DNA of 15,851 bases from a virus, in the IMG/VR virus record IMGVR_UViG_3300045988_113302; one strand, 5' to 3'. Both the position numbers and the translations under genes were made by a program. This document shows, piece by piece, positions 1-6,570 of this stretch. The notes under the pieces were generated by a model. The model worked only from the letters and a program-made list of their open reading frames with translations, was not told the DNA's origin and ran no database searches. The stretch's first letter is position 1. Each line of letters begins with the position of its first letter.

Positions 1-300
1 AGTTACATAGTCCGTGTACCGCGGACACTGTTTTCCCCAAAAATACAAACACTTGTTCGATTTTCAGATATTAAATTCGCTACGGGAAACTTGATCAATC
101 ATAAGATGTCAATAGTAATATTGCACAAATATATGTAAAAACTTTATGCACTTTTACTATTGATTTTGTTGAAACCAGACAATAGAACAATTTATCATAA
201 TTGTATATACAATTAAAACAAAAAGTGTCCGTCCACCGCGGACACAACCTGTCTCTGGTGGGCGAACACTATCGAACACTTGTTTGCTGTGGATAACTTA
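1..300. repeat. Left inverted terminal repeat (ITR-L), 300 bp
   Basis: Bases 1-300 are the exact reverse complement of 15552-15851, compared block by block by eye with no mismatch seen. Identity ends at 301/15551. Internal motifs are GTCCGTnnACCGCGGACAC at 10-28 and 227-245, the palindrome TAATTGTATATACAATTA at 198-215, and tandem CGAACACT at 263-270 and 273-280. Confidence 0.95.
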
Positions 301-317
301 CAAAACGTTAGTTCGGG

Positions 318-346
318 TTGACAAAATTACATAATAGGTTTACAAT
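318..346 (+). promoter_or_regulatory. SigmaA-like promoter P1 (TTGACA, 17-nt spacer, TACAAT)
   Basis: TTGACA at 318-323 and TACAAT at 341-346, with a 17-nt spacer. It lies 45 nt upstream of the 391 ATG. The downstream leader TACAATAGACTATAGATAGGAACA resembles the leaders of P2 and P3. Confidence 0.7.
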
Positions 347-390
347 AGACTATAGATAGGAACAGACTATCAGAAAGAGAGGAAAATAAA

Positions 391-1110
391 ATGGTAATCA
401 ATGTACACGCGGGTCACAACCCGCACGGGAAAGTAGCTTGTGGTGCGGTAGGTCTTATCTCTGAATCACTCGAAAACAGACGTGTAAAAGATTTAGTGGT
501 GAGTGAATTACGCCGCATGGGTCATACGGTCTATGATTGTACTGTGGAAAATGGAGTTTCACAGTCTGATGTGCTTAATCGCATTATTAGAAAATGTAAC
601 AAACACGTAGTAGACTTAGACGTTTCAATTCACTTTAATGCGGCGTCTAACTCACAGGCAAATGGGGCAGAAGTTTATGTATATTCCGAAAGTTCACAAG
701 CGGTTAATACTGCAAGTGAAACTTTAAACGCTATATGTTCGCTTGGCTTCCGGAATCGTGGAGTTAAAACAGCTAACAAGCTTGCATTTTTACGTCGTAC
801 AAGTGCGCCCGCTATGTTAATTGAGTGTTGTTTTACTACATCCCCAAAAGACGTAGCGCTATATAATGCGGAGGAAATGGCAGCGGCTATAGTGTACGGT
901 ATTACAGGTAGACGCTGTATTGCAGCGGGATCAACCGGACAGTGCACACCAGATGACGAGATTGACATAGCCGAAAAGACAGATGACAGTAAGGTATATA
1001 GGGTGTCTGTACTCGATCAAAAAGGTGCTTTTCACAATATCGAAAATGCGCACAATTTATTGGCAGCGCTTGAAAGCGCCGGATTTAAGGCTATAATAAC
1101 GGAGGGATAA
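391..1110 (+). CDS. Endolysin: N-acetylmuramoyl-L-alanine amidase (Amidase_3 type) with a short C-terminal SPOR-like repeat
   Basis: Amidase_3 hallmarks are VHAGHN, SIHFNA, GAEVY and LRRTSAPAMLIECCF. The C-terminal 38 aa (YRVSVLDQKGAFHNIENAHNLLAALESAGFKAII) resemble one repeat of the B. subtilis CwlC SPOR domain. RBS GAGAGGA at 377-383. No signal peptide. Confidence 0.9.
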   Translation: MVINVHAGHNPHGKVACGAVGLISESLENRRVKDLVVSELRRMGHTVYDCTVENGVSQSDVLNRIIRKCNKHVVDLDVSIHFNAASNSQANGAEVYVYSESSQAVNTASETLNAICSLGFRNRGVKTANKLAFLRRTSAPAMLIECCFTTSPKDVALYNAEEMAAAIVYGITGRRCIAAGSTGQCTPDDEIDIAEKTDDSKVYRVSVLDQKGAFHNIENAHNLLAALESAGFKAIITEG

Positions 1111-1111
1111 A

Positions 1112-1372
1112 ATGAACGGGTTACAAGAGTATCGAAAAAATTATGTACTGCAAAAAGTACGCGAAACATGGAGTAATGTATTATTAGACAGTATCTGCCC
1201 TTATGATGACGGTGCAATAGTACTAGTGTTTGCAGTTTGTGTTAATTTTAATACAATTAAAATGGTAACATTAGTTATCGAGCGCAACGCGGATTTAGAT
1301 CAATCTGTCGGAATTATCAATGAGCGCATAGCGTGGGCGTTTGCATCCGAACATTTGCGTTATGTACAATAA
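1112..1372 (+). CDS. Hypothetical protein (86 aa)
   Basis: The ATG is 1 nt after the endolysin stop, with GGAGGGA just upstream, so coupling looks likely. No recognisable motif. Confidence 0.5.
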   Translation: MNGLQEYRKNYVLQKVRETWSNVLLDSICPYDDGAIVLVFAVCVNFNTIKMVTLVIERNADLDQSVGIINERIAWAFASEHLRYVQ

Positions 1373-1859
1373 GGACTACCTCTTAAGTTTGCGGGGAAAA
1401 CAGCGGCGCGAGATGTACAAACAGCTTGTGCCGCTTGCAAATAAGCAGAAAGCACGAATTGAAAAGCAAGGCTTGGAGAAAGAAAGTGTGCTAAATGTAC
1501 TACATAAGCGGACTAACTGGGATATAGATAAGTACAATTCACGCGCTTATCTTAAGTTGGTTCGATTTGTTACAGCGCGCTCTCATACTTTAACTGGGAT
1601 AAAGGAAATAAGGCAGGAACGTACGCAAGCATTACGCGATATGGGAATATCTGAAAATCTGTTAAATGAAGCAGATTTTTATACTTTTTTGCATAGTCAA
1701 GAATACAAAAGTTTAAAAATGCGTAACCCATCGGAGGATATTATCGAAATTTATGATTTACTTTTTTCGCAGGGTAAGTCACATACAGAAATACAACAAG
1801 AATTGCAAGAATATTCTAGCGCTACACATGTCTATGTAAAGGGGAGAGCTTTATGGTAA
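1362..1859 (+). CDS. Putative terminal protein (replication primer); start uncertain (ATG 1362 or TTG 1341)
   Basis: A basic 165-aa ORF immediately upstream of the protein-primed polymerase. Its stop overlaps the polymerase start (ATGGTAA at 1853-1859). The call rests on synteny with phi29 gene 3/gene 2 only; no sequence motif was recognised and the RBS is weak. Confidence 0.4.
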   Translation: MYNKDYLLSLRGKQRREMYKQLVPLANKQKARIEKQGLEKESVLNVLHKRTNWDIDKYNSRAYLKLVRFVTARSHTLTGIKEIRQERTQALRDMGISENLLNEADFYTFLHSQEYKSLKMRNPSEDIIEIYDLLFSQGKSHTEIQQELQEYSSATHVYVKGRALW

Positions 1860-4039
1860 TATCTGTACAGCAGACTAAAAATGGAAAAGAAACGATTGAA
1901 ACTAAAGAAACAGTGTATTCTGTAGCGTCATACCCATATGACGCTACAGTTTTAGATTGTACTACAGTACGGAAAAAAGGGCGAAATGGACTTACATATA
2001 TAGCGCGTCCGGCAACGTTTGACATAGAAAGTACAACTATAGACGGCGAAAAACCAGAAGCATTTATGTATCATTGGCAGTTTTGCTTGAATGGTAAAGT
2101 CTGTTTTGGGCGAACTTGGGAAGAATGGATAAATTTTATGCATAAGCTAGGAACTACTTTGGAATTGGACGCTAAAAAAGTGTTAGTAATATATGTCCAT
2201 AATTTAGCTTATGAATTTATGTTTATAAAGGATTTTTTGCATATAGAATCACTTTTTGCGAGAGAAGCGCACAAGGTTATTAAAGTTTTAGCTTGCTTGG
2301 GTAATGATTACGGGAAAAGTATAAATAAAGTTGGGAATGTTTCACGTGAAACATTTCTTCTTCCCTTTTTTGAATTTAGGTGTAGTTATTTTTTATCAAA
2401 TATGTCTTTATCTAAATTTTGCGAAAATAGCAAATTTTGCACACACTATAAATTAGTAGACACTTATGATTATAGAAAAATACGGACACCGTCGACGCCG
2501 ATGACGGAGGAAGAATTAGCGTATTGTTATAACGATGTAAAAGGTTTAGAAGAGTGCATTTTGTCGAAATTAGATGACGAGTGTGACACGTTAGCTACCA
2601 TACCTTTAACATCGACAGGATACGTGCGGCGAGAAATGCGTGCAGAGTGTCGAAAATATCCAGAATATCGCGAACTTTTTGAAATACTTATGCCTACTAC
2701 GCAAATTTATACGTTATTGCGTCAAGCGTTTCGTGGCGGCAATACTCATGCGTCAAGGTACTATGCAGATGCCGTCATAGAGGGAGTTTTCAGCAAAGAT
2801 AGAGTGTCTAGCTATCCGGCATGTATTGTATCTGATTTATACCCAATGACACCATTTATAGTGTACGAACCTAAGTCTTACGCACAACTTATAGCGGATT
2901 GTGGAAAAAAGAAAAATGCTATAATAATGCGTATAACTTTATTTGATTTAGATGTGCACGATGATGTGACCGTGCCATATATTGATTTTGCGCACTGTAT
3001 AGCCTACAGTAAAAATTATGTAAATGATAACGGACGAGTGTTATCAGCCGATTGGATAACATATGCTTGTACAGAGTTGGACTTTTTAATCATAAATAAT
3101 CAATATAGCTACGATACTATGCGCCTAGAATGGCTAGAGGGCTACAAGGCAGAGAAAGACTACTTGCCTAAACCCATAGTTGACACAGCTCTTTCTTATT
3201 ATGACAAGAAAACACAATTAAAAGATGTGAGTGGAAAAGAATATGAGTATGCAAAAAGCAAAAATAAGGCTAATTCCGTTTTTGGTGTTATGGTTACAGA
3301 TATATGTCAAGGCGAAATAGAATATATAGATGGCGTTTGGTCTAAGACTATGCCGGATAAGGAAAGTGCTATAGCGGCTTACGCCGCAAGCAAAAACTCT
3401 TTTTTGCTTTATCAATGGGGAGTTTACATTACAGCAAATGCGCGCTATGAACTGCAATGCATGATTGATGCTTGCGGCTATGATTTTGTGTACACAGACA
3501 CGGATAGTGTAAAATTTATTGGTGAAGAACATTTAAAATCTTTTGACGACAGAAATAATTATTTATTATCCAAAAAACAAAAGTACAGAAATTATAGTGA
3601 TCGTTTAAACGATGATGGCACAACAACGCGATACACGCTCGGTGTATGGGATGATGATGGTTTTTATAAAAAGTTTAAAACATTGGGTGCGAAAAAGTAT
3701 GCATATATTGCGGACGAGAAAAACAAAAAAACCGGAGAGATAGAAGAAGTTTTACATGTCACTGTTTCCGGCTTATCAAAAACAAAAGGCGCGGCAGAAC
3801 TTGCGCGTGGAAATGGCTTAGCTGATTTTAAAATTGGCAAAATATTTACTGACTCGGGGCGCACAGTGTCATACTTTAATGAGAGCGATGTACATACTAT
3901 AAAAGTAGTAGATTACAATGGAAAAGAAAGTGAGTTTACCACAGCGTCAAACATAGCAATAGTTGATACTACTTATACTTTAGGTGTATCTGACGAGTAC
4001 GCCGCCGTCTTAGGCTCTTGTATAAATTTTTTTGAATAA
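1853..4039 (+). CDS. Protein-primed family-B DNA polymerase (phi29 type)
   Basis: Exo I FDIES, Exo II HNLAYEF, Exo III YCYNDV, motif A DRVSSYP, motif B KxxxNSVFG, motif C YTDTDS and KxY LGAKKYAY occur in the canonical order. It is 728 aa, longer than the phi29 enzyme. Confidence 0.93.
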   Translation: MVISVQQTKNGKETIETKETVYSVASYPYDATVLDCTTVRKKGRNGLTYIARPATFDIESTTIDGEKPEAFMYHWQFCLNGKVCFGRTWEEWINFMHKLGTTLELDAKKVLVIYVHNLAYEFMFIKDFLHIESLFAREAHKVIKVLACLGNDYGKSINKVGNVSRETFLLPFFEFRCSYFLSNMSLSKFCENSKFCTHYKLVDTYDYRKIRTPSTPMTEEELAYCYNDVKGLEECILSKLDDECDTLATIPLTSTGYVRREMRAECRKYPEYRELFEILMPTTQIYTLLRQAFRGGNTHASRYYADAVIEGVFSKDRVSSYPACIVSDLYPMTPFIVYEPKSYAQLIADCGKKKNAIIMRITLFDLDVHDDVTVPYIDFAHCIAYSKNYVNDNGRVLSADWITYACTELDFLIINNQYSYDTMRLEWLEGYKAEKDYLPKPIVDTALSYYDKKTQLKDVSGKEYEYAKSKNKANSVFGVMVTDICQGEIEYIDGVWSKTMPDKESAIAAYAASKNSFLLYQWGVYITANARYELQCMIDACGYDFVYTDTDSVKFIGEEHLKSFDDRNNYLLSKKQKYRNYSDRLNDDGTTTRYTLGVWDDDGFYKKFKTLGAKKYAYIADEKNKKTGEIEEVLHVTVSGLSKTKGAAELARGNGLADFKIGKIFTDSGRTVSYFNESDVHTIKVVDYNGKESEFTTASNIAIVDTTYTLGVSDEYAAVLGSCINFFE
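2336..2355. repeat. Palindrome copy A (AATGTTTCACGTGAAACATT) inside the polymerase ORF
   Basis: A 20-bp perfect palindrome with the 18-bp core ATGTTTCACGTGAAACAT at 2337-2354. It is read in frame as NVSRETF between the Exo II and Exo III motifs. Confidence 0.9.
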
Positions 4040-4042
4040 TAG

Positions 4043-4069
4043 TTGACAAAATAGAAAAGGGCTTATAAT
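4043..4069 (+). promoter_or_regulatory. SigmaA-like promoter P2
   Basis: TTGACA at 4043-4048 and TATAAT at 4064-4069, with a 15-nt spacer. The overlapping ATAATA and TAATAA give 16-17 nt instead. Followed by the ATAATGTAAG leader shared with P3. Confidence 0.6.
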
Positions 4070-4120
4070 AAATAATGTAAGAGAACAAATAAACAAGCAT
4101 AAGAAAGAGAGGAAATAAAC

Positions 4121-4294
4121 ATGAGAAGAACATTTTATGAGAAAGTAAAGAAGTATGGCTCGGTTGACACCAGAAAGTATAGATATGTGTTAGAGGACTA
4201 CGGGAACGTAGCGCGCTTGCCACTTGAATATCTGGACACTACAAGAGCGGAAGATGGATGGAAAATTATCAAAATTCCGGTGGAGTGGAAATAA
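4121..4294 (+). CDS. Small basic hypothetical protein (57 aa), below the ORF-track cutoff
   Basis: ATG 4121 follows the strong RBS AGAAAGAGAGGAAA found on other first genes. It translates as MRRTFYEKVKKYGSVDTRKYRYVLEDYGNVARLPLEYLDTTRAEDGWKIIKIPVEWK. The stop TAA at 4292-4294 overlaps the next ATG (TAATG). Confidence 0.6.
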   Translation: MRRTFYEKVKKYGSVDTRKYRYVLEDYGNVARLPLEYLDTTRAEDGWKIIKIPVEWK

Positions 4295-4479
4295 TGACAA
4301 TAAAGTTAATAACTGATTGGCTAATATCTTGTTATGAGACAGGCTACCTGTCTTATAACGAGATACGAAATGACAGAATTTTCTTTAAAATTCACAGATA
4401 CTTTCCGCGCGCAAATCCAAAAGAAGCGGAAGAAGCAAGAAAACGCGCAATTATGTATATAGAGAGGACAACAGTATGA
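4294..4479 (+). CDS. Hypothetical early protein (61 aa)
   Basis: The track ORF 4258-4479 is trimmed to the ATG at 4294, which overlaps the upstream stop. Its 3' end overlaps the next gene by ATGA. Confidence 0.5.
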   Translation: MTIKLITDWLISCYETGYLSYNEIRNDRIFFKIHRYFPRANPKEAEEARKRAIMYIERTTV

Positions 4480-4679
4480 AAATAAGCAAAGATGAGGCAG
4501 TGTATGCAGTGCTGAAAATGGTGCTTAATGAACAAGTTAGCTTACGTATGGTTTACGATGATTTATGGTTATATTACTTGTTAGTAGGCTTGGATTTATC
4601 GAAACAAGAAGTGATAGACGCTGAATACGAGATAAAAGAAGCAATCCTAAATTGTCTGAAAGAAAATTTAAAAATTTAG
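4476..4679 (+). CDS. Hypothetical early protein (67 aa)
   Basis: ATGA overlap with the upstream gene and GAGAGGA upstream. No recognisable motif. Confidence 0.5.
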   Translation: MKISKDEAVYAVLKMVLNEQVSLRMVYDDLWLYYLLVGLDLSKQEVIDAEYEIKEAILNCLKENLKI

Positions 4680-4689
4680 AAAAAATTTC

Positions 4690-4717
4690 TTGACATTTCC
4701 GGCAATGAGCGTATAAT
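4690..4717 (+). promoter_or_regulatory. SigmaA-like promoter P3 (TTGACA, 16-nt spacer, TATAAT)
   Basis: TTGACA at 4690-4695 and TATAAT at 4712-4717. The leader TATAATAGATAATGTAAGGAACA is homologous to those of P1 and P2. Confidence 0.7.
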
Positions 4718-4776
4718 AGATAATGTAAGGAACATACAAAACAATAAACAACAAAACAGAAAGTGAGGAAAACAAA

Positions 4777-4959
4777 ATGAAATTACATGATTTAGTACTT
4801 AGTAATTTAGAGTATATGTCGGATACAAAATTAGAAATATATGACTATGAAGTGCCGCGCATGATTGCATTTGGCACATCAGCAAAACTAATAGAAGATG
4901 GTTATGGTAATTATCCTGTTAAATTTTTTAATGGTATGCGAATTTACGTTTTGACATAA
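4777..4959 (+). CDS. Hypothetical early protein (60 aa)
   Basis: RBS AGTGAGGAAA 8 nt upstream. It is the only gene in the P3 unit. Confidence 0.5.
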   Translation: MKLHDLVLSNLEYMSDTKLEIYDYEVPRMIAFGTSAKLIEDGYGNYPVKFFNGMRIYVLT

Positions 4960-4968
4960 TAAGCCGAA

Positions 4969-5007
4969 ACGCCCTAAGGGGCGTCACGTACAAGGGTTGC
5001 AACCTTG
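4969..5007 (+). terminator. Two tandem hairpins after the early genes (terminator or RNA-stability candidates, no T-run)
   Basis: ACGCCC-TAAG-GGGCGT at 4969-4984 and CAAGG-GTTGCAA-CCTTG at 4991-5007. Neither is followed by a U-tract, so the function is uncertain. Confidence 0.35.
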
Positions 5008-5085
5008 CGTCTGATGATGGTAAGCAACACACAAACAAGCCTACAGAAATCTAGCAAAACAAAAAAGAAAGAGAGGAACAACACA

Positions 5086-5382
5086 ATGAAAGCACCGTTC
5101 ACAAGAACAGTAACCACATCGGTTGATTATGATGTGGTAACAGTATCTACCAAGGGAATTGAAGTTCTCGACCATCTGCATTTACCGGACGAACTCGATA
5201 CGGCTGCTAAAAAGGCAATCGAGAAGAAGCACTCTGGCAAAAAGATTCAGTTTATCGAATCTGGCAGAACAGAGGAAAAGCGCTTCATTTCCTATGAGGA
5301 TTTCATGGCGCACTCTATGACGGAAAAGGACTGGAACGATCACAAGGCGGCAACAGTAGAGTCTGCACCGACTTCCAAGTAA
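5086..5382 (+). CDS. Hypothetical protein (98 aa)
   Basis: The track ORF 5005-5382 is trimmed to ATG 5086, which follows AAGAAAGAGAGGAA. Codon usage is richer in GC than the flanking genes. Confidence 0.55.
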   Translation: MKAPFTRTVTTSVDYDVVTVSTKGIEVLDHLHLPDELDTAAKKAIEKKHSGKKIQFIESGRTEEKRFISYEDFMAHSMTEKDWNDHKAATVESAPTSK

Positions 5383-5386
5383 GTAA

Positions 5387-5404
5387 ATGTTTCACGTGAA
5401 ACAT
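5387..5404. repeat. Palindrome copy B (ATGTTTCACGTGAAACAT)
   Basis: An 18-bp perfect palindrome 4 nt after the stop at 5382 and 38 nt before ATG 5442. No T-run follows it. Confidence 0.9.
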
Positions 5405-5441
5405 AACTAACACAATTTAAATAAGAAAGGAAAATTAAACA

Positions 5442-5870
5442 ATGTCAAGCAGAAAAATCAGAGGAATCGTAAGAAACATTTTTGTCAAAGATGACAACGA
5501 AGTATCAATTTTAATCGAGATCGACGAGAAAACAGCGGCAGAGCTCCGCGGCGTGTATGATGCAAAGATCGAAAACCCGCTCAAGGATGGAGAGGGCGAA
5601 CTTGAGGGTAAGGTGCTGTACAAGGCGCATACGAAATATCCGGTAAACCTCTACATGCAGGGCGACCCTGTGGAAACAGATGATGATGACGAAACCATTG
5701 AGGAAATTCGTAAGATCGGCAATGGTTCGGCTGTTACAATTCGTGTACGCGAACAGTTAGACGGGCGGTACAAGTCCAAGAAATTCCAGTCTGCTTATCT
5801 CAAGGCGATCAATGTACGCGAGCTTGTAGAAGCAGAGCCCTACATGGATTTTGACGAAGATGACAATTAA
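5442..5870 (+). CDS. Putative ssDNA-binding protein (acidic C-terminal tail)
   Basis: 142 aa with an internal DDDDE stretch and the extreme C-terminus DFDEDDN, a tail typical of phage and bacterial SSBs. It sits in the replication/early block. This is inference only. Confidence 0.35.
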   Translation: MSSRKIRGIVRNIFVKDDNEVSILIEIDEKTAAELRGVYDAKIENPLKDGEGELEGKVLYKAHTKYPVNLYMQGDPVETDDDDETIEEIRKIGNGSAVTIRVREQLDGRYKSKKFQSAYLKAINVRELVEAEPYMDFDEDDN

Positions 5871-5880
5871 ATAACGATCA

Positions 5881-6192
5881 GCCGCAGAACTGCCATCCAA
5901 CCGCATGAAACAACATACATGCAGTAGAATGTCATTAAATGGCAATAAACGGCATTGCACAGCACTGAATGTTGTGTGATGCCGATGGATGGCAGATAGG
6001 CGGGTGTATTGCATTACGGGTATTGGATAGTTATTTTGTTTCTCGTTTTCCTCCGACTTGCCTTAGTCGAAAATGTCCAGTTTTTATGTCAACCAGTACC
6101 CGTAATGGAGTATTACCCGCTATCCCGTTAAAGCCCCGTACACCATGCGGAAAAACGCAGGGGTGCAGAGTGGTGTCTGCAAGGATAGCGGC
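5881..6192 (+). ncRNA. Unclassified structured RNA candidate with three closed helical domains; possible pRNA analogue or structured holin leader
   Basis: It lies in a 356-nt gap with no credible ORF. Domain 1: 5882-5885/6000-6003, 5890-5899/5986-5995 (10 bp) and hairpin 5950-5984 (14 bp, 3 G-U). Domain 2: 6012-6026/6093-6107 (15 bp, 1 G-U) and hairpin 6054-6058/6065-6069. Domain 3: 6117-6125/6183-6191 (9 bp), 6134-6137/6160-6163, 6146-6149/6156-6159 and hairpin 6165-6169/6176-6180. The bulge CACCA at 6141-6145 is complementary to the loop TGGTG at 6171-6175. The G-U pairs would be A-C mismatches on the minus strand, which argues for a + strand RNA. Confidence 0.55.
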
Positions 6193-6226
6193 GAACCTCT
6201 AAAATTAAATAAGGGAGAGTAAAAAG

Positions 6227-6550
6227 ATGATTTATTTAATTACTTTTTTGTTTATGGTTCTGGATTTTATAAGCGGAATCGTAATGGCAGTGAAGAACAA
6301 GAATTTCAATTCTTCCATTATGCGGGAAGGGCTTTTCAACAAGTTCGGTTCTGTTTGCGTGATTGCTTGCGCGGTGCTGATTGACTGGGGGCAGATTTAT
6401 CTTGATATTGGTTTTACCGTTCCGGTAGCGTCTGCAATGTGCAGTTATATTATTCTCATGGAAATCGGTTCGATTTTGGAAAACGTAGGAAGAATAAATA
6501 AGAACTTAGTACCCGAGAAAATCCGGTCGATATTAGAAAAGGTTTCATAA
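6227..6550 (+). CDS. Holin (Phage_holin_4_1 / LL-H-TcdE-like, 3 TM)
   Basis: 107 aa with three hydrophobic segments. Motifs are DFISGIVMAV, SS..REG...K and EIGSILENV, typical of that holin family. RBS GGGAGAG. Confidence 0.8.
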   Translation: MIYLITFLFMVLDFISGIVMAVKNKNFNSSIMREGLFNKFGSVCVIACAVLIDWGQIYLDIGFTVPVASAMCSYIILMEIGSILENVGRINKNLVPEKIRSILEKVS

Positions 6551-6570
6551 TGTTTCACGTGAAACATTAT
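6547..6570. repeat. Palindrome copy C (ATAATGTTTCACGTGAAACATTAT, 24 bp)
   Basis: This is the longest copy. It overlaps the holin stop codon (6548-6550) and abuts tRNA position +1 at 6571. Confidence 0.9.

Noticed and set aside
5011-5050. CTGATGA...GAAA resembling a hammerhead ribozyme core, downstream of two hairpins
   Set aside because: The bases that would form stem II (after CUGAUGA and before GAAA) give only 2 bp, and no consistent stem I or III and cleavage site could be drawn. The segment is more simply the degenerate copy of the early leader.
6040-6057. A pyrimidine tract, TTCTCGTTTTCCTCC, in ncRNA domain 2 as an anti-Shine-Dalgarno that sequesters the holin RBS (GGGAGAG at 6213-6219)
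   Set aside because: Pairing of UUCCUCC with GGGAGAG has a central C-A mismatch and two G-U pairs, which is too weak to assert. The idea of a structured holin leader is kept only as an alternative under the ncRNA finding.
5969-6202. A 77-aa + strand ORF (MLCDADGWQIGGC...) in the gap between the SSB-like gene and the holin
   Set aside because: It has no RBS, and its ATG lies inside the 14-bp hairpin at 5950-5984. The composition is rich in Cys, Arg and Pro, and the ORF runs straight through the long-range helices. It is better explained as a chance ORF in a structured RNA.
5871-6226. The structured region as a group I intron or a known riboswitch
   Set aside because: It does not interrupt an ORF, because the upstream gene ends in a natural acidic tail and the holin has its own RBS and ATG. 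I could not match P3-P7 or G-binding core features, or any riboswitch consensus I know. An Rfam scan is still needed.
5387-6570. Palindrome copies B and C as ordinary rho-independent terminators
   Set aside because: No U-tract follows either copy, the stem is AT-rich with a minimal loop, and an identical copy sits inside the polymerase ORF. Only copy D (10445-10472) fits the terminator model.
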